Counted from the first letter of the whole stretch, positions 1-12,379 are shown. The stretch is 63,925 nucleotides of DNA, filler included, from Octopus bimaculoides (GCF_001194135.2; 6 parts of 4 records of this genome joined end to end with filler, not necessarily neighbours in it); one strand, 5' to 3'. Notes: generated by a model from the sequence alone, not told the origin. Program-made: numbers and translations.

Positions 1-356
1 TATATATAATACATTGGTGTGTGAGTGTGTGTGTATGTATATTATGCATATATTTTGTTTTTGTATTTGGTTTGCATGTGAAATCGTGTGTTGAAACAAT
101 TCTTGTTGTGTCTTGGGAAGGTTGTTATGCTGATAATAATAATATCACAGGGCAGACCTTGAAGAGGGAGAGGGGAGGTCATTGAAAACATTGCAAATAG
201 CACCAAAAAGACTTTGACTAATAAAAACTCAATAGACTGTTTAACATGATCAGTTCATTGGTTAGATGTCTGACTAACTGACTAACATAATGACCCTCCC
301 AAGACATAACAAGATATTTGTATATGTATATATATATATATATCTTTATATATATT

Positions 357-558
357 TACAGGTTGTGCTGAAAGGTTCCTGGCTTTGGGTAAAAGAAGAT
401 ACAGGAGGATCAGTTAATTATGATTTTATTGAACATATTCCCCTCTCAGATTCACACACTTATTGCAACAGACCCTTAAAAAAATGTGAAAGGTTGGGCC
501 TCCAACCAGGTCTTTTGTGATATTCTCAAAGCCAGGAACTTTTCAGCACCTCCTCGTA
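357..558. mobile_element. Tc1/mariner-type MITE
   Basis: ~28-bp imperfect terminal inverted repeats (TACAGGTTGTGCTGAAAGGTTCCTGGCTTT / AAAGCCAGGAACTTTTCAGCACCTCCTCGTA) with TA at both ends and no ORF. Confidence 0.7.
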
Positions 559-971
559 TGTATTTGTATCTGTACTCACACGCACATGCAACACACACTT
601 AAAATGGAAAAAGTGGTCTTGTCATATTCATACATTTTCTAAAGATAAAAAGAATATAAATAGTATGATAATTTCTTTTCTATGAGGTTAATTAAAGGTG
701 GTGGGGGTAGTCCTTACTTATATTCTTTGCAAAACCCCGCTGACTAATGGTCAGAGAAAGGGAGAAGAAACTTGGATTTGTCTGGAATTATCCATTGATC
801 TGACTTCTGTGCAGCTTTACCTACATCTATCCAATTTAATTTACAAGGCTTCAATCAACCCATGGAAAAAGACACTTGTTCAAATTCCCAAACAACACCT
901 AAGTGAACATCAGCTCCTGAAACATCTTACAGAAACTGGTCAACTATGTATGATGAGATGTGACATACACA

Positions 972-1200
972 TTAACCCTTTTGATGCCAAACCATCCAAG
1001 ACTGCTCTAGTTTTATGTTACAAACTTCCTGTTTTAAACTGATACAAACTAAATCCTTACGTCAAAATTTCATGCTAATTTATGTCCCCAAAACCAGCTT
1101 AATGACAAAACTAGTTCACAAAATTCTTCATTATTTCTAAAATTAATTGAAAATAGAAAAAATTAATTCATGCAATTCTTGAGTAAAAAGTGTTTAGCTC
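972..1200 (+). mobile_element. Degenerate MITE of the TAACCCTTTTG family (cf. 55419-55645)
   Basis: Starts TTAACCCTTTTGATGCCAA and shares internal blocks (AATTTATG..CCAGCTTAATGA..AATTAATTGAAA) with the 55419 copy. Confidence 0.5.
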
Positions 1201-1231
1201 GTTATTGCCTCCCACTGTTAATTAACCTTCA

Positions 1232-1910
1232 TTGTTTTCTTGGTTAATTTGTTTATCTCCATTTATTCGGAATATGGAAATTGAAACCAAGTCAGTGTGT
1301 TTCATCAGAGATATGGTAACCAAAGCGTTAAATTTTACTGCTCTGACCCTGTTTTATTCCTCTACAGAGTATATTTATCCTGTCTGGGAGATATCAACCC
1401 TTGCAAGGAAACTCGATCCAGCACTGAACAACAACTGCCACCTGATCTCTGGTCACATAAAACCCACCTACACAAACAACCTGCATCTCCTCACTGGCGT
1501 TGTCCCTGCTAATATTATATGGGAGGTGGTCAGTCAAATTAACAAGACAAACACTATTAGTGATGAATGCCATCTCTTCCATGGATGTTAACCCCTACCC
1601 AAATGATTGAAATCAAGAAGAAGCTTCCTGGGCAATGTCCAGCCCTTAATAATATCATGCAAAGAAACCAAGCCCAGATCTGGATGGAAAACGTCAGGAA
1701 TAACCCTTAATCCACTGTCATAGGAATTTCCCTTGTTGAAGACCTTCTTCCTGTCTCAGAAGCACTATGGATTCAGGTGAAGACACTCAGCTGCCTGAGA
1801 ACAAGAATGAGATGATCAAAAGTTGTTTTGGTTGGCTGGGAGCTACAAGACTGGATTAACCATTTGTGAATGTGAAGAAGCAGACCATACAATGGAACTC
1901 TGCCTTGTTT
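1232..1910 (+). mobile_element. Decayed non-LTR retrotransposon 3' part, Vingi/Ingi-like
   Basis: Translation TALTLFYSSTEYIYPVW...KLDPALNNNCHLISGHIKPT...LHLLTGVVPANI...LKSRRSFL, then a CEC..DHTMELC knuckle-like remnant; resembles the post-RT region of Ingi/Vingi elements as I recall it. Stops and frameshifts present. Confidence 0.55.
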
Positions 1911-2051
1911 GCTTTCTCTCTCTCTCTCTCTCTCTCAAAAGACCTCGCAGAGTTTGATAAAAATTCAGAAAACTGTGTAAAGATATGAGCAAACTTTCAT
2001 GTAACCATTACATTACACTTAGAAGAATTGAGAGAAGGTATCATATATTAG

Positions 2052-2325
2052 GGTAGACTAGTGGTTGAGGGTACCTGTGGAAGAAGTAGACCCAGGAATA
2101 CTTGCGATGAGGTGGTGAAGCACGACCTCTGAACATTAGGCCTTACCGAGGCAATGACTAGTGACCGTGACCTTTGGAAATATGCTGTGTGTGAGAAGAC
2201 CCGGCAAGACAAGTGAGACCATAATCTGTGGCCTTTACCAGGGGTGTAGCCAGCCCACGTATGAGTACCTTTCCTTCTTTGGACATGAAACCCTGCTTGC
2301 GAAGACCTGTTGAGGCAAGTGAAAT
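2052..2325 (+). mobile_element. RTE LINE 3' end fragment
   Basis: LVVEGTCGRSRPRNTCDEVVKHDL*TLGLTEAMTSDRDLWKYAV; same family as 37960-40185 and 42530-43495. Confidence 0.8.
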
Positions 2326-2404
2326 CCATTCCCAAGGCTTTGGTTGGCCTGAGGCTATAGGGGGTTCCTATAAGGTTATTATCCACCCCTGATTGGAACT
2401 CTCC

Positions 2405-2978
2405 CGTATGACATGTACGCATGCTCAATGACTTGCTTTAACAGTTGCAATCAGCTGAATGCACATTGCCAGTGACCTTTGACATAATTACCCACACTCT
2501 GTGGTCANNNNNNNNNNNNNNNNNNNNNNNNNNNNNNNNNNNNNNNNNNNNNNNNNNNNNNNNNNNNNNNNNNNNNNNNNNNNNNNNNNNNNNNNNNNNN
2601 NNNNNNNNNNNNNNNNNNNNNNNNNNNNNNNNNNNNNNNNNNNNNNNNNNNNNNNNNNNNNNNNNNNNNNNNNNNNNNNNNNNNNNNNNNNNNNNNNNNN
2701 NNNNNNNNNNNNNNNNNNNNNNNNNNNNNNNNNNNNNNNNNNNNNNNNNNNNNNNNNNNNNNNNNNNNNNNNNNNNNNTCGTCCGATACTTCAGACTTAT
2801 CGTCCGATGAATTTACTTTGTTGACATTCTTCATCGACAGAATTTTTATACCTTTCAACCTTTCAATCAAGTCCGCCTTTCTTCCAGTAACATACTGTCC
2901 ATATAATCTTAAATATTTCTTTAACTCAGGCACAGTAAGTACTTCGATAGCTGAATCATCAAGCTGCTTTATATTCAT
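2405..2978 (-). pseudogene. Disrupted SAP-domain + SWIM zinc-finger ORF, probably a DNA-transposon accessory gene
   Basis: ATG at 2978: LTVPELKKYLRLYGQYVTGRKADLIERLK (SAP consensus). After a 270-N gap: HRVWVIMSKVTGNVHSADCNC[+1 nt]KASH*ACVHV (SWIM CxC...CxH) with a frameshift and a stop. Confidence 0.65.
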
Positions 2979-4869
2979 GATAAGACGTAAAACAATAACA
3001 ATGGCGTGGGTAGTCTGCGGAAGTTTAATTGTCTACATGGAGCGCCACCTAGCCAAGGGAGATAACCTACTTATAGGGAAGCCCTATAGTAGAAGACACT
3101 CACCCAAGGATTCATGCAGTCGGATTGGACACAGAACCAAGTGGCCGAGAAATAAACTGCCTTCCATACTACCACACCTGTCTCTATATATTGAGAAAAC
3201 CTCAACCCGTCTAATTCAAATATTCAACCAGTAACCATCTAATCAATATATTCAAACTGTGCTCTCTCTTGTCGTCTACCAAATAACAATCTGTCTAGTG
3301 AAATTATGGAAAGTTTTGCTGCAAAGTAACCATTGTTGCTTTTATTAAATGATATAAAATTAATATAAATTACCTGTGACAAGCAAAATTATTGAGTAGA
3401 AGTCGGGAAAAAATGAAGCAGATGATAGGTGTTTGATGGAGATGATGTAGAGAGCTTTTTAACTCACTTCTCACTTTGACAAGTTATTTCCTTCGTCAAG
3501 AGAGCACTTCCCTTTTATATTTGTATACAGCATGCTTATTCCTGCTTTTACTTCGTCTCATCCTTATGTATATATGTACGTATGTATATATGTATGTATG
3601 TACGTATGTATTTGTGTATGTATGCATGTATGTATATATATGAGTGTGTGTTTATGTATGTAATGTATGTAATATAATGTATGTATGCATACATGTATGC
3701 TATATAATTATGTGTATGTGTGTATGTCTGTGTATAACACATATCTGTATGTCTGTCTGTGTATTTGCACATCAGTCTTTNNNNNNNNNNNNNNNNNNNN
3801 NNNNNNNNNNNNNNNNNNNNNNNNNNNNNNNNNNNNNNNNNNNNNNNNNNNNNNNNNNNNNNNNNNNNNNNNNNNNNNNNNNNNNNNNNNNNNNNNNNNN
3901 NNNNNNNNNNNNNNNNNNNNNNNNNNNNNNNNNNNNNNNNNNNNNNNNNNNNNNNNNNNNNNNNNNNNNNNNNNNNNNNNNNNNNNNNNNNNNNNNNNNN
4001 NNNNNNNNNNNNNNNNNNNNNNNNNNNNNNNNNNNNNNNNNNNNNNNNNNNNNNNNNNNNNNNNNNNNNNNNNNNNNNNNNNNNNNNNNNNNNNNNNNNN
4101 NNNNNNNNNNNNNNNNNNNNNNNNNNNNNNNNNNNNNNNNNNNNNNNNNNNNNNNNNNNNNNNNNNNNNNNNNNNNNNNNNNNNNNNNNNNNNNNNNNAT
4201 ATATATATATATATAAACATGCACACACATACACACACACACATATATGGATGTATAAATATACATTAGATCCCTGCAACACTCAGCCTGAGCACATGGC
4301 TATCTATGCTCTTGAACAGAGGAATGCTGGAATTCTACTGTGGTAGATGTGCTCAATTCTTTCTTTGTCTTTTTGTTTTAATGTGTGTGTGTGTATGTGT
4401 GTGTGTGTGTTTGTGAAACAGAAAAAAATATGAAACTGTTAATAAGATATTTAGTTTCACCTTCAATTACATAAGGAGTTTATTAGTTACATAATGCAAA
4501 TTACACAAACAAAACTTAATGTCAAATACTATGTGTAATAGTTACACATCTCTGATGATTTGTTGACAATGTATCTTGAGTATGTATTGCATTATATAAT
4601 CAATAATCATTTTATATTAATGAAATGTATGTAAGATGATGCAACTAAATGGCTTATAAACAAGATCTCAGTTTTTGTCTTAAAAGCGCATACCCTGATA
4701 TCACACCTCTGCCATCCTATCTTTTTTGCTGGGGTACCCATGTATCTTCTCTACAGTAAGATAGCTGTTCCTGTCCCTCTTTTCTACTTTGAACTCTCTA
4801 CACTTGCTATAAGCCACCTTTCTCAATACTACACCCCACTCTATGAAGCGGGTTTTGTCTTGCAAAATA

Positions 4870-5065
4870 CTTAGTGACTCGACTGGTGTTGGTGCTATCA
4901 TAAAAGCACCCAATACACTGTAAAGTGGTTGACACTTGAAAGGGCATCCAGTCATATAATCATGCCAAACTAGGCGCTGGAGATTAACACAGCCCACAGA
5001 TTAGTCAGATCCTGTCAAATCATCCAACATGAAAGACTGATATTAAATGTTGTTGTTGTTGATGA
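4870..5065 (+). mobile_element. RTE 3'-UTR-type repeat (AAGGGCATCCAG core, (GAT)n tail), degenerate
   Basis: AAAAGCACC..ACACTGTAAAGTGGTTG..GAAGGGCATCCAG..TCCAACATGAAAG..; family repeated many times in the window. Confidence 0.65.
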
Positions 5066-5182
5066 TGACACAGTGGTAGTGGTGGTAGTGCTTGTAGAAA
5101 TCGTAGTGGTATTGTTGTTGCTGGTGGTGGTGGTGGTGGTAGCGCTGGTAGCGGCGGCAGCGGTGACAACCGTAGCAGCAGC

Positions 5183-5234
<52 letters not shown>

Positions 5235-5235
5235 T
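5045..5235. repeat. Compound (GTT)/(GTG)/(GCA)/(GTA)n trinucleotide microsatellite
   Basis: Seen directly; it explains the poly-L and poly-Y ORFs. Confidence 0.95.
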
Positions 5236-5719
5236 GGTGTTATACGTGATGGCGACTGCACAGTTTCCATCTACTAAAATCCCCTCACAAAAGCATTGGT
5301 CAACCAGGCCTATAACCAGATAGCACTTGACCAATGTGTTACGTATTATAGCAGAGATTGAACCATAACCATGAGGTTTCAAATAAGACTTGCCAACCAA
5401 ACAATCACACCTGTACTTCTGGTACATACTTTTGATCGTCATATGTTTATTTCTCTTTATGGCTTGTCCGGAATCTTTCCCCAACTCAAAAGGTCTTCAT
5501 CTGGAATGGTTCCCATTCCCTTCAAGCATTCATAGCTGAATATTAACTGAAGCATCAAACATACAATAATTAAACCTTCTCACACTGTGCCAATTCGTCA
5601 GTTAACTATATAAGACAGTATCTTGCAATGAAATGAGGTATCAACTTAGAGTGCTCAACACTTGCTTTGTTATATTACTTCGTATAGAGCTACAGTGCTA
5701 CGGAATATATCTGTAAATA

Positions 5720-6270
5720 AGGCAGTGGGCTGGCAGAAACGTTGGCACACCGGACAAAATGCTTAGTGGTATTTCGTCTGTTTTTACATTCTGTGTTCAA
5801 ATTCCGCCAAGGTCGACTTTGTCTTTCATCCTTTCAGGGTTAATAAATAAGATGCCAGTTGCGTACTGGGGTCGATCTAATCGACAGGGCCCTTCCCCCA
5901 AAATTTCAGGCCTTGTGCCTAGAATAGAAGAGAATGTTTATAGGTAGCAAGCTGGCAGAAACGTTAGCGCACCGGGAAAAATGCGTCGTGGTATTTCGTC
6001 TGCCGCTACGTTCTGATTTCAAATTCTGCCGAGGTCGATTTTGCCTTTCATCCTGTGGGGGTAGAATAAATAAGTACCAGTTATGCACTGGGGTCGATGT
6101 AATCAACTTAATACCTTTGTCTGTCCTTGTTTATGCCCTCTATGTTTAGCCCCTTGTGAGCAATAAAGAAATAAGAAACGTTAGCATGTCGGGCGAAATG
6201 CTTAGCGGCATTTCATCTGCTGCTACGTTCTGAGTTCAAATTCCACTGAGGTCGACTTTGCCTGTCATTC
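5720..6270 (+). mobile_element. Three tandem tRNA-headed SINEs with a Nin/Deu-like GCCTTTCATCCTTTCGGGGTCGATAAAT core
   Basis: Units start at ~5720, ~5940 and ~6175: GCTGGCAGAAACGTTAGC..GTTC(T)GAGTTCAAATTCC..GAGGTCGACTTTGCCTTTCATCC. Domain name is from recall. Confidence 0.75.
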
Positions 6271-6556
6271 AGTGCCGCTGGACAGGCTCCCATGCAAGTG
6301 GCACATAAAAAATACCTTTTTGAGTATGGCCATTGCCAGTACCGTGTGACTGGCCCTCATTTTAGCGTGCGTCTGGCAAGTAAAAACGCCCACTACACTC
6401 TCGGAGTGGTTGGCGTTAGGAAGGGTATCCAGCTGTAGAAACTCTGCCAGATCAGATTGGAGCCTGGTGCAGCCTGCTGGTTTGCAAGTTGTCAGTCAAA
6501 TCGTCCAGCCCATGCTAGCATGGAAAGCGGATGTTAAACGACAATGATGATGATGA
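6270..6556 (+). mobile_element. RTE 3'-UTR-type repeat
   Basis: CCCACTACACTCTCGGAGTGGTTGGCGTTAGGAAGGG..GTTAAACGACAATGATGATG. Confidence 0.8.
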
Positions 6557-8010
6557 GATATATGTATGTATGTATATATANNNNNNNNNNNNNNNNNNNN
6601 NNNNNNNNNNNNNNNNNNNNNNNNNNNNNNNNNNNNNNNNNNNNNNNNNNNNNNNNNNNNNNNNNNNNNNNNNNNNNNNNNNNNNNNNNNNNNNNNNNNN
6701 NNNNNNNNNNNNNNNNNNNNNNNNNNNNNNNNNNNNNNNNNNNNNNNNNNNNNNNNNNNNNNNNNNNNNNNNNNNNNNNNNNNNNNNNNNNNNNNNNNNN
6801 NNNNNNNNNNNNNNNNNNNNNNNNNNNNNNNNNNNNNNNNNNNNNNNNNNNNNNNNNNNNNNNNNNNNNNNNNNNNNNNNNNNNNNNNNNNNNNNNNNNN
6901 NNNNNNNNNNNNNNNNNNNNNNNNNNNNNNNNNNNNNNNNNNNNNNNNNNNNNNNNNNNNNNNNNNNNNNNNNNNNNNNNNNNNNNNNNNNNNNNNNNNN
7001 NNNNNNNNNTTTAAAAAGGTTCCTCAATGTCAACTTCCGGTATTGACGTAACAACCGCAAAAAGCTTCACTTTCTATTTTGTGTGTTCGTGTGTATGAGA
7101 GAAAGAGAGAGAGAGAGAGAGTAAATACTACATACACACCGCTCTCTCACCCTGTCTCACACACATACGCACACACACCTTGACTCACTCACACTCTGTC
7201 TCTTACAAACACACACATACATAAATGAATACAAACATATTTACAAAGACACACGTGCGTATGCGCGCGTGCGTGTTTGTAAGATACATAGTGTGAGTGA
7301 GTCAAGGGCTGTGTTGTCATATGCATACATCCAAAGATGTATGTATATTTATGCATGTACGTATACATAACAACAAACCTCTCTCTCTCACTCAGACTCT
7401 GTCTNNNNNNNNNNNNNNNNNNNNNNNNNNNNNNNNNNNNNNNNNNNNNNNNNNNNNNNNNNNNNNNNNNNNNNNNNNNNNNNNNNNNNNNNNNNNNNNN
7501 NNNNNNNNNNNNNNNNNNNNNNNNNNNNNNTTACGTGGCACCCGCACGAAGGCCAGTCAGGCGGTACTGGCAACGGCCACGCTCGAAATGGTGTATTTTA
7601 TGTGCCACCCACACAAGAGCCAGTCCAGGGGCACTGGCAACGATCCCCATTTTAATTTTCGTAAAAGTTTCCAAGTACCAATGAGGCTTTTTGGCACATC
7701 TTCAGTTTTCCCTATTCATGAGAGGTGCCCAGCCATCATTCATCTGAGAGTCCATCTACAGAATGTCCTCAAATTTCTATACAGCATATTTTGCCTTTTT
7801 TTCTTCAAGTATATAAGCAACNNNNNNNNNNATGTCCTCAAATTTCTATACAGCATATTTTGCCTTTTTTTCTTCAAGTATATAAGCAACAATTTCATTC
7901 CCGAGCAACGCCGGGTGCCTCTGCTAGTATATATATATAGGCATACAAATATACATACAAGCATACATATATATATACACGCACACACACACACACACAC
8001 ATATATATAC

Positions 8011-8117
<107 letters not shown>

Positions 8118-8696
8118 CACACAATGAGCTGTTCTCAATTTCTGCCAAATCCATTCACATAGTTTTGGTTCACCAAATGCTATAGAAGATGACATTTGCT
8201 CAAGGTGCCACACAGTGGGACTGAACTCAGAACTGTGTGGTTGAGAGGCAAGCTTCTTACCACATACCCATTCCTGCACCTATACAATATATGCTTGGTG
8301 ATTCTGTGCACGCATTTGAAATTGAACACTGCTGAAGGTGACATATAAACGTTTTGTATGCATTTGTGTGTGTGTGTGTGTGTGTGAGACTGTTTTGTCA
8401 TAAATTATATCCCTGTGTGTCTGCTGGAAGAGGGTGTTCACAGTAGGAAATGTGACTCCAGTATTTTAAAGAAATAAAATACATTTTCAAAAACATTAAG
8501 TTTATCATTGTCAAAATTTAACCAGAATACCTTTCAGCTATTTTTGTTAATTAACATGGATGCATTTCCTTCGCTAATGTTTGGGAAATTTATCATTGGT
8601 AATTGGTGAGTGAACAATCTCTGTATACTTATACATTTTTCCATTACATATATATACATATATATATACATATATACATACATATATATATTATAC

Positions 8697-8766
<70 letters not shown>

Positions 8767-8957
8767 TATGTGCTTATATAAATAAATATATATATATGTG
8801 TGTGTGTGCGTGTGCACATATATGTATACATATCTATAAACATACATACATGCATATATATAAAAATATATATACACACATATATAAGTTCATACGCGCA
8901 TACTTTCACACAGTCATTCATATGCATACACAAACATGCACACACACACACACACAT

Positions 8958-9005
<48 letters not shown>

Positions 9006-9169
9006 CTATATATATATATATATATATATACTAACATTATGCAATACACACTTGTAAATGTCCATACCTTCATAATTGTGTTATTTATGGCTTATGACTA
9101 ATAGAAATTTATGGCCCATATATACCAACGTCTCACAGTAACGTATATCTATACATATACATCCACACA

Positions 9170-9530
9170 CTCATATACAACAGAAATAGGAAGAGAGTGT
9201 AAGAGAAAGTTGTGGTGAAAGAGTACAGCAGGGTTCACCAACAGCCCCTGCTGGAGCCTTGTGGAGATTTAGGTGTTTTTGCTCAATAAACACTCACAAT
9301 GTCCGGTCTGGAAATTGAAACTGCAATCCTACGGCTGCGAGTCCACTGTCCTAACCACTGGGCCATTGCACCTCCACAACTTTCTCTCACTCTTTCTTCG
9401 TGTTTCTGTTGTGCCTGTATTTTCAAAAGGCCAGCCAGCCTTGTCACACTCTGTGTGACACTGAATCTCCCTGAGAACCACATTACGGTACACGTGTCTG
9501 TGGAGTGCTCAGCCACTTGCACGTTAATAA
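9170..9530. mobile_element. tRNA-headed SINE with internal inversion (head on -, body on +)
   Basis: Minus strand reads GTGGAGGTGCAATGGCCCAGTGGTTAGG..GTTTCAATTTCC (A/B boxes) up to CACAACTTTCTC; the plus strand restarts at CACAACTTTCTCTCACTC. Confidence 0.6.
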
Positions 9531-9749
9531 ATGAATTGCGACGTCAGTGGTGCCAAGTTGTAGCAGCCCCTTTTGCCTTTCCCTTGGATAACATTGGTGG
9601 CATGGCGAGGGAGGTTAGTATTCCATAAACAACCTTGCTCAGACTTGCACCTGGGAGGGTAACTTTCTAGGTTCAATCCCATGGTCATCCGTGACTGAAG
9701 CGGGTCTTTACTTTTTAGTTTATCCTGGTACAAAACCTGTTGCTTCTCA

Positions 9750-10180
9750 TCTAGAGTAATTCTTTCACTAATCTTCATAAATTAAACACCAGTTTAATGC
9801 TTTTGTGATTTCTCCCATCAGAGAGTTCCCATTCTCCTTATAATAACTGATAATGTTGCCGACCCCTTTTGTTATGACTAATATGGAAACGACTATATTT
9901 CTAACCTCTCAGTGAACATCCTCAATGGTTCAGCTGTCTTCAGTGCCTTCAAGTCCTTAATCATTCTTTTGACTGTACATCTGTCACCCTCAATATTTGA
10001 TCTGTCCCTCTGATGTCCCCTTGTGGCAGCCACTTTCTCTCCAATGTATTATCCTTATTTAACAGCTTTTCATAATGGCAACTCTGATCCTCTTACTTCT
10101 CAGCATAATTGAGGGCAAGCAGGCTCCTATCAAGCCATATGCACTTTTTCTTTAAAGACATCTCAGTGCTCCAGTTATCA
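9750..10180 (-). mobile_element. Highly decayed RTE fragment
   Basis: EKCIWLDRSLLALNYAE..CHYEKLLNKDN aligns to EKCVRMDDGSLILNEAA..CHYERLLNKED of the 39235-39819 ORF. Confidence 0.6.
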
Positions 10181-10184
10181 TTTG

Positions 10185-10371
10185 TCTTTTACTTTTTTCA
10201 CCCATTAGACTGTAGCCATGCTGGAGCACTGCCTTAAAGAATTTTTAGTTAAATGTATCGACCCCAGGACTTATTTTTTAAAGCCTGGTACTTATTCTAT
10301 CAATCTCTTTTGTCAAACTTTTAAGTTATGGAGACTTAAACACACCAATACCAGCTGCCGAGTGGTAATGG

Positions 10372-10411
<40 letters not shown>

Positions 10412-10540
10412 GACTGGCTTCTCTCAGTTTCCATCTATCAAATCCACTCAGAAGGCTAGGGTCGACCCAGGGCTATTGTAGAAACCAATTGCTCAAGGTA
10501 CCATGCAGTGGGACTGAACCCAGAACCATTTGGGTGGGAA
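10185..10540 (-). mobile_element. tRNA-headed SINE with internal (TA)n(TG)n microsatellite
   Basis: Head ..GGTTCTGGGTTCAGTCCCACTGC..GATGGAAACTGAGAGAAGCC, then microsatellite, then GGTGTGTTTAAGTC..GCTCCAGCATGGC. Same composite at 21420-21815 and 45135-45548. Confidence 0.75.
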
Positions 10541-10669
10541 GTGTTGTTAAGTGTTTGGATAGATTTAAGAAAAGTAGAACATGGAATTATTTAAAGTGAT
10601 GATTACCTTGTAGAAATTTAATACAGTGGTTGAATGTGTGGTGATAATTTCTGGTCTGTCTTTATTGTT

Positions 10670-11700
10670 GAAATGAAATTACTATTTCATCAGTTGATTA
10701 GTTTATTGAAGGTTGATGATTTGATAGTTAACAGATCATCATCACAGAAAATACCCCTATCTTTGGTGTATTCCACATATAAATTCTGCACTGAAGAAGA
10801 GAAATAACCCAGAACCCATTAGTTTGCCGGAATCGATAAGGCTGGAGGGTGAGCATTAGCTCCCTTGCTCACAGTACACGGTTGCAGATGATATGCCGGT
10901 AGCTAGCTGGAAAAGATGTCTTCCTGGGGTTAAACAGTAGTAACATCGTCCTAAACAGGACTGCTACATTATGTTGGCAAACAGACTTTAGTGAAATGAA
11001 ATTATTTTTTCATCAATTGGTCAGTTTTTTTGGAGGTCTGATGATTTTGATAATTGTTAGACAATCATCTTGGTAAAGACAAAAAAAACTGTCTCTGGTA
11101 TATTTTTTCTTATTAGTTAACAAATAAATAAATTACTTTTTCATGATTTGTTTGTTTTGTTAGAGGGTGATGCTTTTGATAATTTTCGACCATTATCACC
11201 GTAAAGACCCTTGCCTATGATATATTCTTTCTATCAGTTAATGAAGAAATGAATTACTTTTCAATCAATTGATCAATCTTTTGGCGGTTGGTGTTTTTGA
11301 TAATTAGCAGACCGTCATCACAGTAAAGACCCAGATCTGTGGTATATTCTTAATGAAGAAATGAAATTAATCTTCATTAATTGATTAGTTTGTTGCAGAT
11401 TAATACTTTTGATAATCAACCGACCATCATCATGGTAGAGGCCTCTGTCTGTGGTATATTTTTCTTCAGTATGAGCTAATGAAGGAATGTAATTACTATT
11501 TCATCAGTTGATTAGGGTGTTGGATGTTGATGTTCTTGATATTAACAAGCCATCATTACGGTAGAGATCCCTGTCTGTGATATATTCTTCACATTAGTTT
11601 ATAAAGAAATGAAATCACCTTTTTATCAATAGATCAGGTTATTGGTGATTGATTTTCCTGATAATTATTAATAGACCATCAACATGGTAAAGACCCCCAT
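10670..11700 (-). repeat. ~120-bp degenerate tandem repeat, 7 copies, each encoding the PLE RT YxDD motif
   Basis: Units translate GLYHVDGLL, DLYRNDGLL, GLYHDDGRL, GLYCDDGLL, GLYGDNGR, LYQDDCL, GIFCDDDLL. Confidence 0.85.
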
Positions 11701-11804
11701 CTGTTGTATTTCCTTCTTCATTGATTTAAACATACATTACTGATCTTGGTCATATCAACAGCTCCTTTATTGATAAACTTAATTGTTTTTAATTTACATT
11801 TAAG

Positions 11805-12005
11805 GTAGTGAGCTGGCAGAATCATTAGCATACCAGGAGAAATTTTTAGTGGCATTTCATCCATCTTTGTGCTCTGAGTTCAAATTCTGCCGAAGTCATC
11901 CTTTCGGGGTTGATGAAATAAGTACCAGTTATGCAGTGGTGTCGATGTAATCGACAAGCCCCCTCCCCCAAGATTTCAGGCCTTGTGCTTATATTAGAAA
12001 GGACT
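11805..12005 (+). mobile_element. Nin/Deu-like tRNA SINE
   Basis: AAGGTAGTGAGCTGGCAGAATCATTAGC..GAGTTCAAATTC..CATCCTTTCGGGGTTGATGAAATAAGTACCAG. Confidence 0.75.
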
Positions 12006-12379
12006 ATTTTGATTCACATTTCCTTAATATCTGTAACTAGTCTAGTCTAAAGCTTCCACATCAATGTTAATTATATTTTTGAAATTATATTTAAAATTCT
12101 TAATGCTATCATAAAAATTCTCATCTTTTAATCTACGATGCTTTATCATGTTCCAATTGCTTTCTAGCAATCATTATTCTTTCAGTTTTCTTTGCATTGT
12201 CTGCAACTCATGCAGCAAATCTTAGGGCAACCTTATAGACAGTTATACCACTGATATTTAAACATTGTAACTTTACTTTTAGCATTATAAGTTATTAATA
12301 ACACCACAAAAACATTTCTTTTCATATAAGTCTTCTAGTCAATATAATTCTTGATTTAATACATCATTAATAACTTTAT

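Larger units (their letters stand above)
10510..12340 (-). mobile_element. Old Penelope-like (Naiad-type?) reverse-transcriptase relic with internal tandem amplification and nested insertions
   Basis: GAVDMTKISNVCLNQ (~11790-11720), then 7 x GLYxDDG units, then TTVLNFYKVIITLNNS (NFLDVT-like). Interrupted by a SINE (11805-12005) and a foldback-family fragment (10785-10982). Confidence 0.7.

Noticed and set aside
3043-3056. CTCF-like motif GCGCCACCTAGCCA
   Set aside because: A single imperfect match inside a probable transposon end; no independent support.
7763-7890. Identical ~58-bp direct repeat either side of a 10-N gap
   Set aside because: Typical unmerged contig overlap.
10670-11700. Regularly spaced repeats as a possible CRISPR-like array
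   Set aside because: Whole units are homologous with no unique spacers, no cas genes, eukaryotic context; the unit is an RT fragment.
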